DNA from: Alphaproteobacteria bacterium | Lineage (GTDB): Bacteria > Pseudomonadota > Alphaproteobacteria > UBA828 | Reading direction: 5' to 3' | Assembly: GCA_965214705.1 (NCBI GenBank) | Contig: CBDCCI010000002.1 | Location: forward strand, 1,536,001-1,600,000 | Length of the DNA: 64,000 bases | Shown: positions 9,924 through 19,945 of the stretch, piece by piece | Numbering within the stretch: position 1 is the first letter of the stretch | Layout of the letters: each line of letters opens with the position of its first letter | The notes under the pieces: generated by a model | Told to the model about the DNA's origin: nothing | The model's input: only the letters and a program-made list of their open reading frames with translations | The model's database searches: none | Made by a program: the position numbers and the translations under genes

Positions 9924-11270
9924 TTACTCGCCCGCTTCCTGCAAGCGGGCGCCGCACCACGCCGCCGCGCGCAGCGTCGTCGCATCGGCGCCGAAGCGCC
10001 CCACGACCTGAAGGCCGAGCGGCAGCCCATCCAACGCGAGGACGGGAACATTGACCGCAGGCGCGCCGAGCATGGTCCAGAGCATGGTCTGCAGGCGGCT
10101 GCCGGTGAAGGCTAGGCCCTCGGGCGCAGCACCCGGCGCGGCGGGGGTGAGCACTGCATCGTAGGGCCGCATCGCATGCTCGAACGCGCGCCGCATGGTG
10201 TCCGCCGCGTCGAGCAGAGCGAGATAGCCGTCGGCATCGATCTCCCGGCCCGCTTCGATATGGGCGCGTATGGTGTTGGAAAGGTCTGTGGCGCCCCGTT
10301 CGTACCAGGGGGCAAGGGCGTGGGCGACCTCGCGCCGCATGATGCCGAGGTGCACCGCCGCCGCGTCGTCGAAGGGAGAGCCGAGGATGAGCGGCGCCGC
10401 GCCGCAGGCTGCCGCGGCGGCTTCGAGGGCTGCCGCGGCGCCCGGCTCGACCTCCTCCCAGGCCGGCTGTCTGATGAAGGCAAGCCGGGGCCGCCCGAGA
10501 GGCAGAGCGAGGGCGGCGGAGAGGCGGGTCGGCGCGCGCCCGGCGCTTGCCAAATCCACCCCATCGTCTCCGGAAATCGCGTCGATGCCGAGCGCCACGT
10601 CCTGCACCGAGCCCGCGAGCACGCCGACGTGGTCCAGCGTGCGCGACAGCCGCGTGATCCCGGTGCGCGGGATCGCGCCGAAGCTCGGCTTCATGCCCCA
10701 GACGCCGCAGAAGGTCGCAGGCCGCACGACCGAGCCGGCAGTCTGGGTGCCGAGCGCCAGCGGCACGCCGCCGGCCGCCACGGTGGCTGCCGAGCCTGAA
10801 GAAGAGCCGCCCGGCGTGCGTGCTGGATCGTGGGGGTTGCGGGTGGCGTTGGCGGCACCGCAGGCAAGCTCGGTGGTCACGGTCTTGCCGAGGATCAGCG
10901 CGCCCGCCGCGCGCAGCCGGCGCACAACCGTGGCATCCGCGCTTGGCCTGCGTCCTTTGTCGAGCGGCGTGCCGTTCTCGGTCGGCTGGTCGGCGGTATC
11001 GATGATGTCCTTGACGGCCACCGGAACGCCCGCGAGCAACCCGCGCGCGCCGGCAGCGTCGATCGCTTGTGCCCGCGCCGCAGCCTCGGCGGGGTCGAGA
11101 TGGCACCACGCCCGAACCGCAGACTCGGTCGCGGCAACGCGGTCCAGCGCCGCAGCACAGGCCACCGCCGTGCTCTCGCGCCCGGCCCGCACCATGGCCG
11201 CGATCTCCTCCGCGCTCGGGCATTGCGGCAGCGCGGGCGCCGCCGATTCTCTCCTGTCGGTCGTCGTCAT
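9924..11270 (-). CDS. Amidase (amidase-signature family)
   Basis: GVPVAVKD, TPGGSSSGSAA, GTQTAGSVVRPA; start taken at ATG 11270. Confidence 0.9.
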   Translation of the reverse strand: MTTTDRRESAAPALPQCPSAEEIAAMVRAGRESTAVACAAALDRVAATESAVRAWCHLDPAEAAARAQAIDAAGARGLLAGVPVAVKDIIDTADQPTENGTPLDKGRRPSADATVVRRLRAAGALILGKTVTTELACGAANATRNPHDPARTPGGSSSGSAATVAAGGVPLALGTQTAGSVVRPATFCGVWGMKPSFGAIPRTGITRLSRTLDHVGVLAGSVQDVALGIDAISGDDGVDLASAGRAPTRLSAALALPLGRPRLAFIRQPAWEEVEPGAAAALEAAAAACGAAPLILGSPFDDAAAVHLGIMRREVAHALAPWYERGATDLSNTIRAHIEAGREIDADGYLALLDAADTMRRAFEHAMRPYDAVLTPAAPGAAPEGLAFTGSRLQTMLWTMLGAPAVNVPVLALDGLPLGLQVVGRFGADATTLRAAAWCGARLQEAGE

Positions 11271-11371
11271 GGTCTGCTCACGTGTGTGGTCCAGTCCCCG
11301 TTCTCGCCGTCCGGCCCCCGGCGCTCTGCCGTTGCTTGGCAAGCATAGCGGGCAGGGCTATAAGCCGACGC

Positions 11372-12409
11372 ATGCTTGTCACCTTGGTTGACGACTCTAT
11401 CCCATTCAACGGGATGACCCCGGCATATCAACCCATCGGTGGCGCCGAAAAGGCGTTCGCCAGCTTGCCGGCGGCGCTCGCGCGCCAGGGCCACGTCGTG
11501 CGCGCCGTCAACCGCAGCCCCAACAGCCTCGGCTTCGAGAACGTGAGCTGGATCCACTGGGAGGGCCGCAAGCCGCCGATCACCGAGGTGCTGATCGCCT
11601 TTCGCAAGCCGGCGCTGCTCGAGTTCACGCGGGCAACGCGGGCGCGCATCCTCTGGGTCACCGGGCCGCCCGACTATCTCCACCGGCCACCGGTTCACGA
11701 GGTGCTGAACCGCACGGATGCCAAGCTCGTATTCTTGGGCAATACCCATTCCGAAGCCTATCGGACCCAGGGCGAGAACCTGGTCTACTACCGCTCGATC
11801 ACGCCAGGTGTGCGCGAGGAATACCGCAGCAAAACCGAGATGTCGCCGGAGGATCCGCCGACTGCGGTGGTCACGACCCACCCCAAGCATGATCTCGACT
11901 GGCTGCTCGACTTGTGGACCGAGCGGATTCGCCCGCAGGCGCCGAACGCCCAGTTGCAGGTCTATTCGGCCGCCTTCAAGCGCGCCGAGACCGCCGGTGA
12001 CGCTCTCGCCGACGATCTCAAGCCGATTTACGAGAAGGCGCGCGCCGGCGCCGACCACGGTGTGACGATCATGGCCCCGGCCGGCGACCGGGACATGGCG
12101 AAGGCCTACGCCAGGGCCAGGGTGCACCTCTATCCCGGCTCCGAACGCGAGATGTATTGCTCGACGCTGGCGGAATCGCAGGCCGTGGGCTTGCCTGCGG
12201 TGGCTCGGCCGGTCGGTTCCGTGAAAGAACGCTTCACCGATCGTCAGTCGGGCTTTCTTGCGCCCGACGACGATGCCTTCGTCGAGAACGCGCTGGCCAT
12301 GTTGAAGGACGACGAGGCCTTCCAGGCAGCGAGCAAGACCGCCACCCGGAGCGGCCGGGGACGAAGCTGGGATGCCGCGGCCACCGAGTTCGAAACGCTC
12401 TTCCGGTGA
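11372..12409 (+). CDS. Glycosyltransferase family 4
   Basis: PIGGAEKA N-terminal motif; EMYCSTLAESQAVGLPAV (E-x7-E); start ATG 11372. Confidence 0.85.
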   Translation: MLVTLVDDSIPFNGMTPAYQPIGGAEKAFASLPAALARQGHVVRAVNRSPNSLGFENVSWIHWEGRKPPITEVLIAFRKPALLEFTRATRARILWVTGPPDYLHRPPVHEVLNRTDAKLVFLGNTHSEAYRTQGENLVYYRSITPGVREEYRSKTEMSPEDPPTAVVTTHPKHDLDWLLDLWTERIRPQAPNAQLQVYSAAFKRAETAGDALADDLKPIYEKARAGADHGVTIMAPAGDRDMAKAYARARVHLYPGSEREMYCSTLAESQAVGLPAVARPVGSVKERFTDRQSGFLAPDDDAFVENALAMLKDDEAFQAASKTATRSGRGRSWDAAATEFETLFR

Positions 12410-12464
12410 AGAGTTCCTTCATCGCCGCGACATGAAGGGGTGACGCGGACCTTTAGAAGCGTTG

Positions 12465-14198
12465 ATGGCCCGCCCGGACGACGCTGTCGCATTCGTGGTG
12501 CCGGTCTACAACAAGGCGCGCTGGCTGCCGAGCGTCTTGGAGCAGATCGCTGCGCAGCGCGGGAGCTTCGCCCGCGAATACATCTTCGTCGATGACGGCA
12601 GCACCGACGGGTCGCTGTCGGTCCTGAAGCGCCACACCGCGGGCTGGCGCAACATTACGATCGTCGAACAGGCGAACCACGGGCCGGCACACGCCACGAA
12701 CCGGGGCATTGAAAGGGCGACGGCGCCCTTCATCAAGCTCTGTGACGCCGACGACCTGCTGGCCGACGACGCGACGGCGGTGTTGCTGGACGCTCTGCGC
12801 CGGGACGAGAGGCCGGTTCTCGCCTATGGCGGCGGCGAGGACTTCGATGACGAAGTGGATATCGTCCTGAACGCCCCGCTCGCGGGCGCCCCTGCCGCCG
12901 TGATCGCGCGGCCGCTCAGGCCGACGCTCAGGCGCAAATTCTTCGGGCCGGCCCAGTGCCTCATTCGGACCGCTGCGGCCCGAGACTGCGGTGGCTGCGA
13001 CGAGCGCATTCCCTTCGCGCAGGACTATACGCTGGCACTCAGGCTGGCGGGGCAGGGGCCGTTCCTCCGCGTGCAGGCCACGGTCGCGTTCTTTCCGCGC
13101 GATGTGCCGGACCGGCTGAGTGCGGACACACCCCGTGAGTTACGCGATTCGACGACGACCCTCGCGCGTTTTGTCGAAGACCGACCGCGGCTGCCGTGGC
13201 GTCACAAGCAGTTCGCGTGCCGGCGGGCCGCAGGCCGGTGCCGCCGCTTCGCCGCCCGCAGCGGGGCAGGCACGGGTGCACTGCGGCGCGGGAACGCACT
13301 CTACCGGCGCAGCCACCTGCCGATCATGCGCAATCATGCGGCATTCATCGAGCGCTGTACCGAAGTCATCGCGACGAGCGCGGGCACGGCGGGGCCATCG
13401 GCGCGCCCTCGCCTCTCGGCCCTTGTGGTCGCGCGCAACGAGGAAGGTCAGCTCGCGGACTGTCTGGAGACGCTACGCTTCGCCGACGAGATCGTGGTGG
13501 TGCTCGACCGCTGCACCGACTGCTCGCGGGCGATCGCGGAGCGCTTCTGCAGGACGATCGTCGAGGGCGCCTGGCCGCTCGAAGGACCGCGCCGCCATGC
13601 CGGTATCGATGCCTGCACGGGAGACTGGATTCTGGAGGTCGATGCCGACGAGCGGGTGCCCGAGGCGCTGGCGCGGGAGATCCGCGAGACCATCCGCGAT
13701 GCGGCGCCGGGCTACTTCATGGTTCCGTTCGAGAACTTCGTCGGGGGGCGGCTGGTGCGCCACGGCTGGGGCGGCGTGTGGGGGGTCACGAAGACCGCGC
13801 GTCTCTTCACCCCCGGTGCCAAGCAATGGAGCGATCAACGCATCCACCCGCGGGTCGCTCTGCAAGGGCCGGAGCGCCGCTTGAAGGCGGCCATGCATCA
13901 CTACGTCGACCGGGATTTTGCTGACATGGTGGTGCGGCTGCAGCGCTACACCGACGCCCACGCTGCCGACCTGCGGGACTCCGCCGCGTCCTTGCCGCCG
14001 TTGATCTGGACGTTCCGCCGCTCGCTCTCGCGCTTCCTGAAGTGCTACGTGAGCCGGCGCGGCTATCGAGAGGGGCGATTGGGATTCGCCATCGCGCTCA
14101 TGGCCGCGCTCTATCCATTGCTTTCACACCTCAAGGCCGAGCTGGACGGGCGGGCCGCCGAGGAGGGGGTTCCTCCCGTCGGACAAGGCCCTACATGA
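12465..14198 (+). CDS. Tandem two-domain glycosyltransferase family 2
   Basis: First GT2: VVPVYN, VDDGSTD, DADD. Second GT2: VVARNEE, VLDRCTD, EVDADER. Confidence 0.85.
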   Translation: MARPDDAVAFVVPVYNKARWLPSVLEQIAAQRGSFAREYIFVDDGSTDGSLSVLKRHTAGWRNITIVEQANHGPAHATNRGIERATAPFIKLCDADDLLADDATAVLLDALRRDERPVLAYGGGEDFDDEVDIVLNAPLAGAPAAVIARPLRPTLRRKFFGPAQCLIRTAAARDCGGCDERIPFAQDYTLALRLAGQGPFLRVQATVAFFPRDVPDRLSADTPRELRDSTTTLARFVEDRPRLPWRHKQFACRRAAGRCRRFAARSGAGTGALRRGNALYRRSHLPIMRNHAAFIERCTEVIATSAGTAGPSARPRLSALVVARNEEGQLADCLETLRFADEIVVVLDRCTDCSRAIAERFCRTIVEGAWPLEGPRRHAGIDACTGDWILEVDADERVPEALAREIRETIRDAAPGYFMVPFENFVGGRLVRHGWGGVWGVTKTARLFTPGAKQWSDQRIHPRVALQGPERRLKAAMHHYVDRDFADMVVRLQRYTDAHAADLRDSAASLPPLIWTFRRSLSRFLKCYVSRRGYREGRLGFAIALMAALYPLLSHLKAELDGRAAEEGVPPVGQGPT

Positions 14199-14847
14199 CG
14201 CCGTATTTCTCCCAGGCCTCGGTGGTGGACAGGCCGCCCTCGATCTCCTGGGCGATGATGTTTTCCATGCGACGCTTCTCCAGCGCTTTCTCCACGCATT
14301 CGGCCGCGACGTCGCTCGGGACCACCAGCACGCCGTCGTCGTCGCCCACGATCAGGTCACCCGGCTGGACGGCGACCTCGGCGATGCGAACCGGCTCCCG
14401 ATAGGCGACCACCCGGCCTCGGCCGCGCTGGTCCTGCGCGTAGGAGCCGCGCGCGAAGACCGGCAGCGTCATGGCACGAATCTCCCGCGTATCGCGCATG
14501 TAACCGTCGAGCACAGCGCCTGCCGCGCCTTGCGCCAGCGCGCGGGTGGTCATCAGTTCGCCCCAGAGCGCGAAGGGAGGCGCCCCGGCCGCGGCGACGT
14601 AGACCTCGTCCTTCCCAAGAGAATCGAGGGCCTCGAACATCAGGCCGAAGCTGTGATCGTCCGGCGTTGCCGCGATCTCCAGCAGTGGCATCGCCCGGCC
14701 GACCAACGTGGTGCCGGACATGGCCGAGCAGATTTCGGGCGGCAGGAACTGATGGCGGCGGCCGAGAGTGTCCAGCACGTCCCCCAGTTGCGCGGTGGAA
14801 AGCTCGGCACGGACCTTCGCGAGAAGCGTGTCGGGAACCTGGGTCAT
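14191..14847 (-). CDS. RraA family / HMG-CHA aldolase-like protein
   Basis: LGDVLD, ALWGELMT, GAVLDGYMRD, PGDLIVGDDDGV. Confidence 0.85.
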   Translation of the reverse strand: MTQVPDTLLAKVRAELSTAQLGDVLDTLGRRHQFLPPEICSAMSGTTLVGRAMPLLEIAATPDDHSFGLMFEALDSLGKDEVYVAAAGAPPFALWGELMTTRALAQGAAGAVLDGYMRDTREIRAMTLPVFARGSYAQDQRGRGRVVAYREPVRIAEVAVQPGDLIVGDDDGVLVVPSDVAAECVEKALEKRRMENIIAQEIEGGLSTTEAWEKYGVM

Positions 14848-15755
14848 GGTGTTTCTTCCTCCGGCTGGGTCGGGCGCGTGCGGTCGATCAGCGTCGCGAT
14901 GACGGGATGGTAGCGCGCGCCGAGCCCGCACTCGATGGCTTCGGTGAACAGCGCCTTGACCAGCGCTGCGCCCTCGGCGTCGACCCCCGACTCCTGCGCT
15001 AGATCAAGCGCGTAATCGAGGTCTTTCAGTGCGTAGGTGACGGGAAACGCGCCCTCGGGGAAGCGCCCTTCCAGCATCGCCTTCATGCCGTGATTGCGCA
15101 GCGCAAAACTGTCGCCTGAGCTGCGGCCCACCGCCTCCAGGAACGTCTGCGGCTCGATCCCCTGGCGGCGCGCGATTGTAAGCCCCTCCGCCAGTGCCCG
15201 CACGTTCTGGAAGAGGATCATGTTGTTCAGGATCTTCACCACCTGCCCGCTGCCGACCGGGCCGCAATGGGTCACGTCCTGCGCGATGTAGGCGAGTAGT
15301 GGGTGCAGGCGCTCCACCAGCGCAGCATCGCCGCCCACCATGATGCTGAGCGTACCGTCGATGGCGGCCTGGCGCGTGCGCGCGATCGGCGCATCGGCGA
15401 AGGCGATGCCGCGCGCGACGAAGGCGCTTTCGAGCTCGCGGGCGAGGGCAGGCGGCGCGGTGCTGGTATCGACCACGGTGCACCCGGTGGGGAGGTGGTC
15501 GATCAGGCCGCTTTCGCCGAGGCACACAGTCCGCACCTCGCGGCCCGAAGGGAGCGACATGAAGATCAGATCGGCCGCCTCGGCGAGCGCCGCGATGGAC
15601 GGAGCGACCCGCGCCCCGTCGGCGGCGAGCCGCTCCAGCGGCGCCGGGTCGAGGTCGTAGGCGGTGACCGGCCCGTCGTGCTTGCGCACGAGGTTGCGGC
15701 ACATGGGCTCGCCCATGACGCCCGTACCGATGAAGCCGACGCGGATGCCGCTCAC
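14844..15755 (-). CDS. NAD(P)-dependent oxidoreductase (3-hydroxyisobutyrate dehydrogenase family)
   Basis: GFIGTGVMG Rossmann motif; DAPIA; GSGQVVKILNN; overlaps neighbours by 4 bp. Confidence 0.88.
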   Translation of the reverse strand: MSGIRVGFIGTGVMGEPMCRNLVRKHDGPVTAYDLDPAPLERLAADGARVAPSIAALAEAADLIFMSLPSGREVRTVCLGESGLIDHLPTGCTVVDTSTAPPALARELESAFVARGIAFADAPIARTRQAAIDGTLSIMVGGDAALVERLHPLLAYIAQDVTHCGPVGSGQVVKILNNMILFQNVRALAEGLTIARRQGIEPQTFLEAVGRSSGDSFALRNHGMKAMLEGRFPEGAFPVTYALKDLDYALDLAQESGVDAEGAALVKALFTEAIECGLGARYHPVIATLIDRTRPTQPEEETP

Positions 15756-17257
15756 CGGTCGCGGCCTTCCTTCGCGAATTGGGCGGCACCGGTGCCGGCG
15801 AGGTGGCCGAAGACCGCGCCCGAGACCAGGCCCGTGCCGCCGGGATAGTTGCCGTAGAAGAGCCCACCGACCAGCTCACCCGCCGCGTAGAGGCCCGGAA
15901 TCGGCGCGCCGGAGACCGCCTGCACCCGCGCGCCGGGGTCGATGGCGAGACCGCCGAAGGTGAAGGTGATGCCGCAGGTGACGGCATAGGCCTCGAAGGG
16001 CGGGGCCTCGATCCGGTTGGCCCAGTTGGTCTTGGGCGGCGCGAGGCCGCGGGTGCCACGGCCGTCCTTCACGGTGGGGTCGAAGGGCACTTCCGTCATC
16101 ACGGCATCGTTGTATGTCCGCACGGTCGCGAGGAAGCGCGCGCCGTCGATGCCCTCCATGCGCGCCGCAAGCTTTTCCAGCGTGTCGGCCTTCGCCTTGG
16201 TGACTTGCCGGATGCGGTACTCGTCGCGAAGCAGGTGAGTCACCTGCGCGTCGAAGACCTGCCACGCGACCTGACCGGGCTGCTCCAGCACGCGTCGGCC
16301 GTAGGCGGCGTAGGTGTAGTTGCGAAAGTCCGCACCCTCGTCGACGAAGCGATCGCCCGCCGCGTTGACGACGATCGAGAACGGGTAGCTGTGCTTCTGG
16401 AAGCCGTCGCCCACGGCGAGGTCGCCGAAGGCTGGTGCGTTCCGGTCCCAGGCGACCGCGTGGCAGCCCGACCAGTTGCCGGCCGGCATGGCGCCGGCTT
16501 CCAGCGCCATGCGGATGCCGTCGCCCTGGTTGAAGCGGGTGCCGCGTACCTTGGCGAGGTCCCAGCCGGGCCCGAGATAGCGCGCCCGCCACGCGGCGTT
16601 GGCCTCGAAGCCGCCGCAGGCGAGCACCACGGCAGGCGCATGGACGTCTGCCGTGCGCCCGCCGATGCGCGCGATCACACCGCGCACACCGTCGTCGTCG
16701 GTGAGCAGGGAGCGGGCTTCAGCTTCGTAGTGAACGGCAACGCCCGATTCTTGGGCGCCCTTGTAGAGCGCATCGACGAGGCCCGGCCCGCCGCCCCAGG
16801 CCTCGACCGCGAGCCCACCCCAGAAGCGGAAGCGCCCGCCCTCCCGCTTGAACGCCTGGCGACCGTAACTCGGCTGGAAGCGCACACCCCTTTCGCGCAC
16901 CCAGACGAGCGTGGCGTGGCTGCGGGTGACGAGCTGCTCCACGAGGTCGGGGTCGGCGCGGTACTGGGTAAGCCGCGCCATGTCGTCGTAGTAGTCGGCC
17001 TCGGTGTAAGCGCCGAAATCGGTTTCGGCCAGCTCGCGATCGGTGAGGTCGGGCATCAGCGCGCGGAGCGAATCGGGACCGTCGAAGACCACCCGCATGG
17101 CGCCGGCGGTATAGGTGCTGTTGCCGCCGCGCTCCTCTTCCGGCGCGGCCTCAAGCAGGCGCACACGGGCGCCGGCCTCCGCCGCAGCGAGCGCTGCCGT
17201 AAGCGCGGCGTTGCCGCCGCCCACGACCACAACATCCGCCGACAGCACCTCGGTCAT
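15752..17257 (-). CDS. tcuA: FAD-dependent tricarballylate dehydrogenase-like flavoprotein
   Basis: VVGGGNAAL, RGGNSTYTAG, YLGPGWDLAKVRG, DEGADFRNYTYA, NYPGGTGL. Confidence 0.85.
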   Translation of the reverse strand: MTEVLSADVVVVGGGNAALTAALAAAEAGARVRLLEAAPEEERGGNSTYTAGAMRVVFDGPDSLRALMPDLTDRELAETDFGAYTEADYYDDMARLTQYRADPDLVEQLVTRSHATLVWVRERGVRFQPSYGRQAFKREGGRFRFWGGLAVEAWGGGPGLVDALYKGAQESGVAVHYEAEARSLLTDDDGVRGVIARIGGRTADVHAPAVVLACGGFEANAAWRARYLGPGWDLAKVRGTRFNQGDGIRMALEAGAMPAGNWSGCHAVAWDRNAPAFGDLAVGDGFQKHSYPFSIVVNAAGDRFVDEGADFRNYTYAAYGRRVLEQPGQVAWQVFDAQVTHLLRDEYRIRQVTKAKADTLEKLAARMEGIDGARFLATVRTYNDAVMTEVPFDPTVKDGRGTRGLAPPKTNWANRIEAPPFEAYAVTCGITFTFGGLAIDPGARVQAVSGAPIPGLYAAGELVGGLFYGNYPGGTGLVSGAVFGHLAGTGAAQFAKEGRDR

Positions 17258-17511
17258 CTCGCTCCTGCGGTCATGCTTGCTTGAACGAAGCCGCTACGCG
17301 GAGTTAGCGGCGTAGAGTTCATTCATTTCCGAGGCGTCGCGGGTGCCGTTTGTTCTGTGCGTTCGCTTCCCGGTTGCGTCAGTGGCGCTCCGCCCGTCGG
17401 GTGGCGGATCCCCAGCAGCCTCCCGATCACCAGTGGTTAGTATCGACCCCTGCGACGGACCGTCGCCGGATCGGTCCGGCGGCGCGCCGTCGCGATCCAG
17501 GGAGATCGATA

Positions 17512-18390
17512 ATGACCGGGACCGCGTGCGACACGAACACCGTCACCCCTCTTCGCCAGCGCATGGAGGAGCAGCTCCGCATCGCCAATCTGGCCGCGAG
17601 CACGTCCAAGGCCTACATCTGCGAGATCAAGAACCTGGCCAGGTACTACGACGCCTCGCCGGACGAGCTCGACGCCGAGCAGGTGCGCCAGTGGTACCTG
17701 GGGCGGATCGACAAGGGGCTCAGTCCGGGCACGACCAACGTCTCCTTCGCCGCGCTGAACTTCCTCTACATCGACACACTCGGCTGGCCTGACCATGTCG
17801 CCGGCCTGCGCTCCCGCAAGAAGCCCGGCAAGCTGCCGCGCTACATGTCGGAGCAGGAGGTCGAGCACCTCATCCTTGCGACACCCGACCTCCGCCACCG
17901 TGCTGCCATTGTCACCGGCTATGGCGGCGGGCTCCGCATCTCCGAGACCTTGGCCATCAAGGTCGGCGACATCCTGTCGGAGAAGAAGCTGCTGCACATC
18001 CCCTCCGGCAAAGGCGGCACCGAGAGAATGGCACCGTTGCCGGACATCGTCATCCACTACTTGCGCGTCTACTACAGGAACATCTGGCCGCGTCCGACGA
18101 GCTGGCTCTTCTACGGCGTCTCGCTCGACAGGCCCATCGCAACGGAGACCTTGCAGGCCGCCTTCAGGAGGGCGCGCGACATTGCCGAGCTCGACCGCAG
18201 CTACACCTTCCATTGCCTGCGCCATTCGGCGGCGACCCATCTCCTCGAGCGCGGCGGCGATATCGAGGTGATCCGGGACATGCTCGGCCATCGAAGCGCG
18301 AACACGACCCGTCACTACGCCCGCGTCACCGGCAAGATGTTCGAGGGCCTCGACCACCCGATCTCAGGCTTCGCAGCGTTGCGCAACTGA
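17512..18390 (+). CDS. Tyrosine recombinase / integrase with N-terminal SAM-like domain
   Basis: GLRISE, GKG, HCLRH, LGH, TRHY catalytic residues; ATG 17512 after AGGGAG. Confidence 0.92.
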   Translation: MTGTACDTNTVTPLRQRMEEQLRIANLAASTSKAYICEIKNLARYYDASPDELDAEQVRQWYLGRIDKGLSPGTTNVSFAALNFLYIDTLGWPDHVAGLRSRKKPGKLPRYMSEQEVEHLILATPDLRHRAAIVTGYGGGLRISETLAIKVGDILSEKKLLHIPSGKGGTERMAPLPDIVIHYLRVYYRNIWPRPTSWLFYGVSLDRPIATETLQAAFRRARDIAELDRSYTFHCLRHSAATHLLERGGDIEVIRDMLGHRSANTTRHYARVTGKMFEGLDHPISGFAALRN

Positions 18391-18396
18391 CGGCGC

Positions 18397-19638
18397 GTGG
18401 AGGCCGAACGCGCGGGCGTGGCGGAGATCTTCCGCCGCGCCGGCGCCGCTTTCCGTGAGCGCCACAAAGGGCGCATCGACGCCGCCCGGCTCAAGGTCAT
18501 GGGCGCCATCGAGGCGTGCCGCACCGCCGTGCTCGGCGGCCACATGTACGCCTGCGAGGGCTGCGGGCGCGAGCATCCGCTCTTCAACTCCTGCCGCAAC
18601 CGCCACTGCCCCACCTGCCAGGGTCTCGCCGCCAACCTCTGGAGCGAGGAGCGCGCCGGGGACATCCTGCCGGTGCCCTACTTCCATGTGGTCTTCACCC
18701 TGCCCAAGGAGGTTGCCGCCATTGCCTTCTGCAACCGCAGGGTGGTGTTCGACATCCTCTTCCGGGCCGTCGCCGAGACCCTGCGCACCATCGCCGCCGA
18801 TCCCCGCCACGGCGGCATGCGCATCGGCGGCACCGCGGTCCTCCATACCTGGGATCAGAAGCTCCGCTTCCACCCGCACCTGCACGTGGTCGTGCCCAAC
18901 GCGGGCTTCGACGTAGACAGTGGCGAGTGGAAGACGGGGAGCACCACCTTCCTCGCCCCCGTCAAGGTCCTCGGCAGCCTGTTCCGCCGCCTCTTCCTCG
19001 AGGAGCTCGCCCGCGCCCACGGCCGGGGGGACCTGGAGTTCCACGGCACCCTCGCCCACCTCGCCAATCCCGGCGAGTTCCACGCCACGCTTGCCGCCGC
19101 CCGGGCCAGGGACTGGGTGGTCTACGCCAAGCGGCCCTTCCGCGGGCCTGAGCAGGTCTTCCGGTACCTCTCGCACTACACGCACAGGATCGCCATCTCC
19201 GACAGCCGCATCGTCTCCTTCGACGGCGAGACGGTCTCCTTCCGCCACCGAAAGCCCAAGGCGCCGGGGCAGAGAAAGCCGCGCTACGGCATCGCCACCG
19301 TGAGCGCCGACGAGTTCATCCGCCGCTTCCTGAGGCACGTCCTGCCGGACGGCATGCACCGCATTCGCTACTTCGGCATCCTCGCCAACGGCTGCCGCGC
19401 CAGCACGCTGGAGAGAGCACGCCAGGCTCTCGGCGCCCTCGGCTGCGCCGCCCCCGAGGGAAGCGTGGACGGCGCTCGGGCCGAGCCCGACGAAGAGCCC
19501 GAGATCGGCACCGCGCCCGTGGCCTGCCCCCACTGCGGCGGCGTCATGCGCCTCGTCCGCGAAATCCGCCGCCGCCATGAGCCCCGCTCGACGCGCGGCC
19601 CGCCGGCGCTGCCGCCGACCCACAGGGGGAAACCGTGA
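18397..19638 (+). CDS. IS91-family rolling-circle (HUH, Y2) transposase with Zn-binding domain
   Basis: CEGC...NSCRNRHCPTCQ, HVVFTLP, HPHLH (HUH), YLSHY (YxxxY), RIRYFG, CPHC. Confidence 0.93.
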   Translation: MEAERAGVAEIFRRAGAAFRERHKGRIDAARLKVMGAIEACRTAVLGGHMYACEGCGREHPLFNSCRNRHCPTCQGLAANLWSEERAGDILPVPYFHVVFTLPKEVAAIAFCNRRVVFDILFRAVAETLRTIAADPRHGGMRIGGTAVLHTWDQKLRFHPHLHVVVPNAGFDVDSGEWKTGSTTFLAPVKVLGSLFRRLFLEELARAHGRGDLEFHGTLAHLANPGEFHATLAAARARDWVVYAKRPFRGPEQVFRYLSHYTHRIAISDSRIVSFDGETVSFRHRKPKAPGQRKPRYGIATVSADEFIRRFLRHVLPDGMHRIRYFGILANGCRASTLERARQALGALGCAAPEGSVDGARAEPDEEPEIGTAPVACPHCGGVMRLVREIRRRHEPRSTRGPPALPPTHRGKP

Positions 19639-19900
19639 GACGCCCGCTCGCTTCGGCCCCGCGCAACGGCGCCAAAGCGCCGACGCACGACCGAACCTGT
19701 CTCCGCTTGAGCCGGGCTGACAGCCCTCGGCTCACACCCCGCTCAGTCCTCGCAGCGTGCGCCCGCATGCCTGCCGAAAGACCGGCGCGAGCGTCGATTT
19801 TATGCGCAACTCTGCTGCCGGTGGATGCCGCCTGACGCTGACATCAGCGCACTTTCCACATAGCTCAACTTCGCCTCTCGTGGCCCGCGGCTTCGTTCAA

Positions 19901-19942
19901 AAGGGTTGGGCAGGCTCTCGAGAGAGAGCCTGCCCAACCCTT
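19901..19942. other. Perfect 19-bp hairpin near element right end (copy 1)
   Basis: AAGGGTTGGGCAGGCTCTC-GAGA-GAGAGCCTGCCCAACCCTT. Confidence 0.9.
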
Positions 19943-19945
19943 AAC

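Noticed and set aside
17350-17511. Longer TTG start for the integrase
   Set aside because: ATG 17512 has an RBS (AGGGAG) and the extension looks non-coding.
17512-18390. Integron or prophage integrase
   Set aside because: No IntI-specific insertion, no attC cassette array, no phage genes; the boundaries define a 2.67-kb element.
18364-19623. 419-aa antisense ORF over the IS91-type transposase (also 36973-38232) and 306-aa ORF over the integrase
   Set aside because: Shadow frames typical of high-GC coding DNA; the sense strand has all catalytic motifs.
19901-19942. Hairpin as a simple rho-independent terminator
   Set aside because: No proper U-tract on the plus strand and it lies 260 bp past the stop; better explained as an element end, although minus-strand termination is not excluded.
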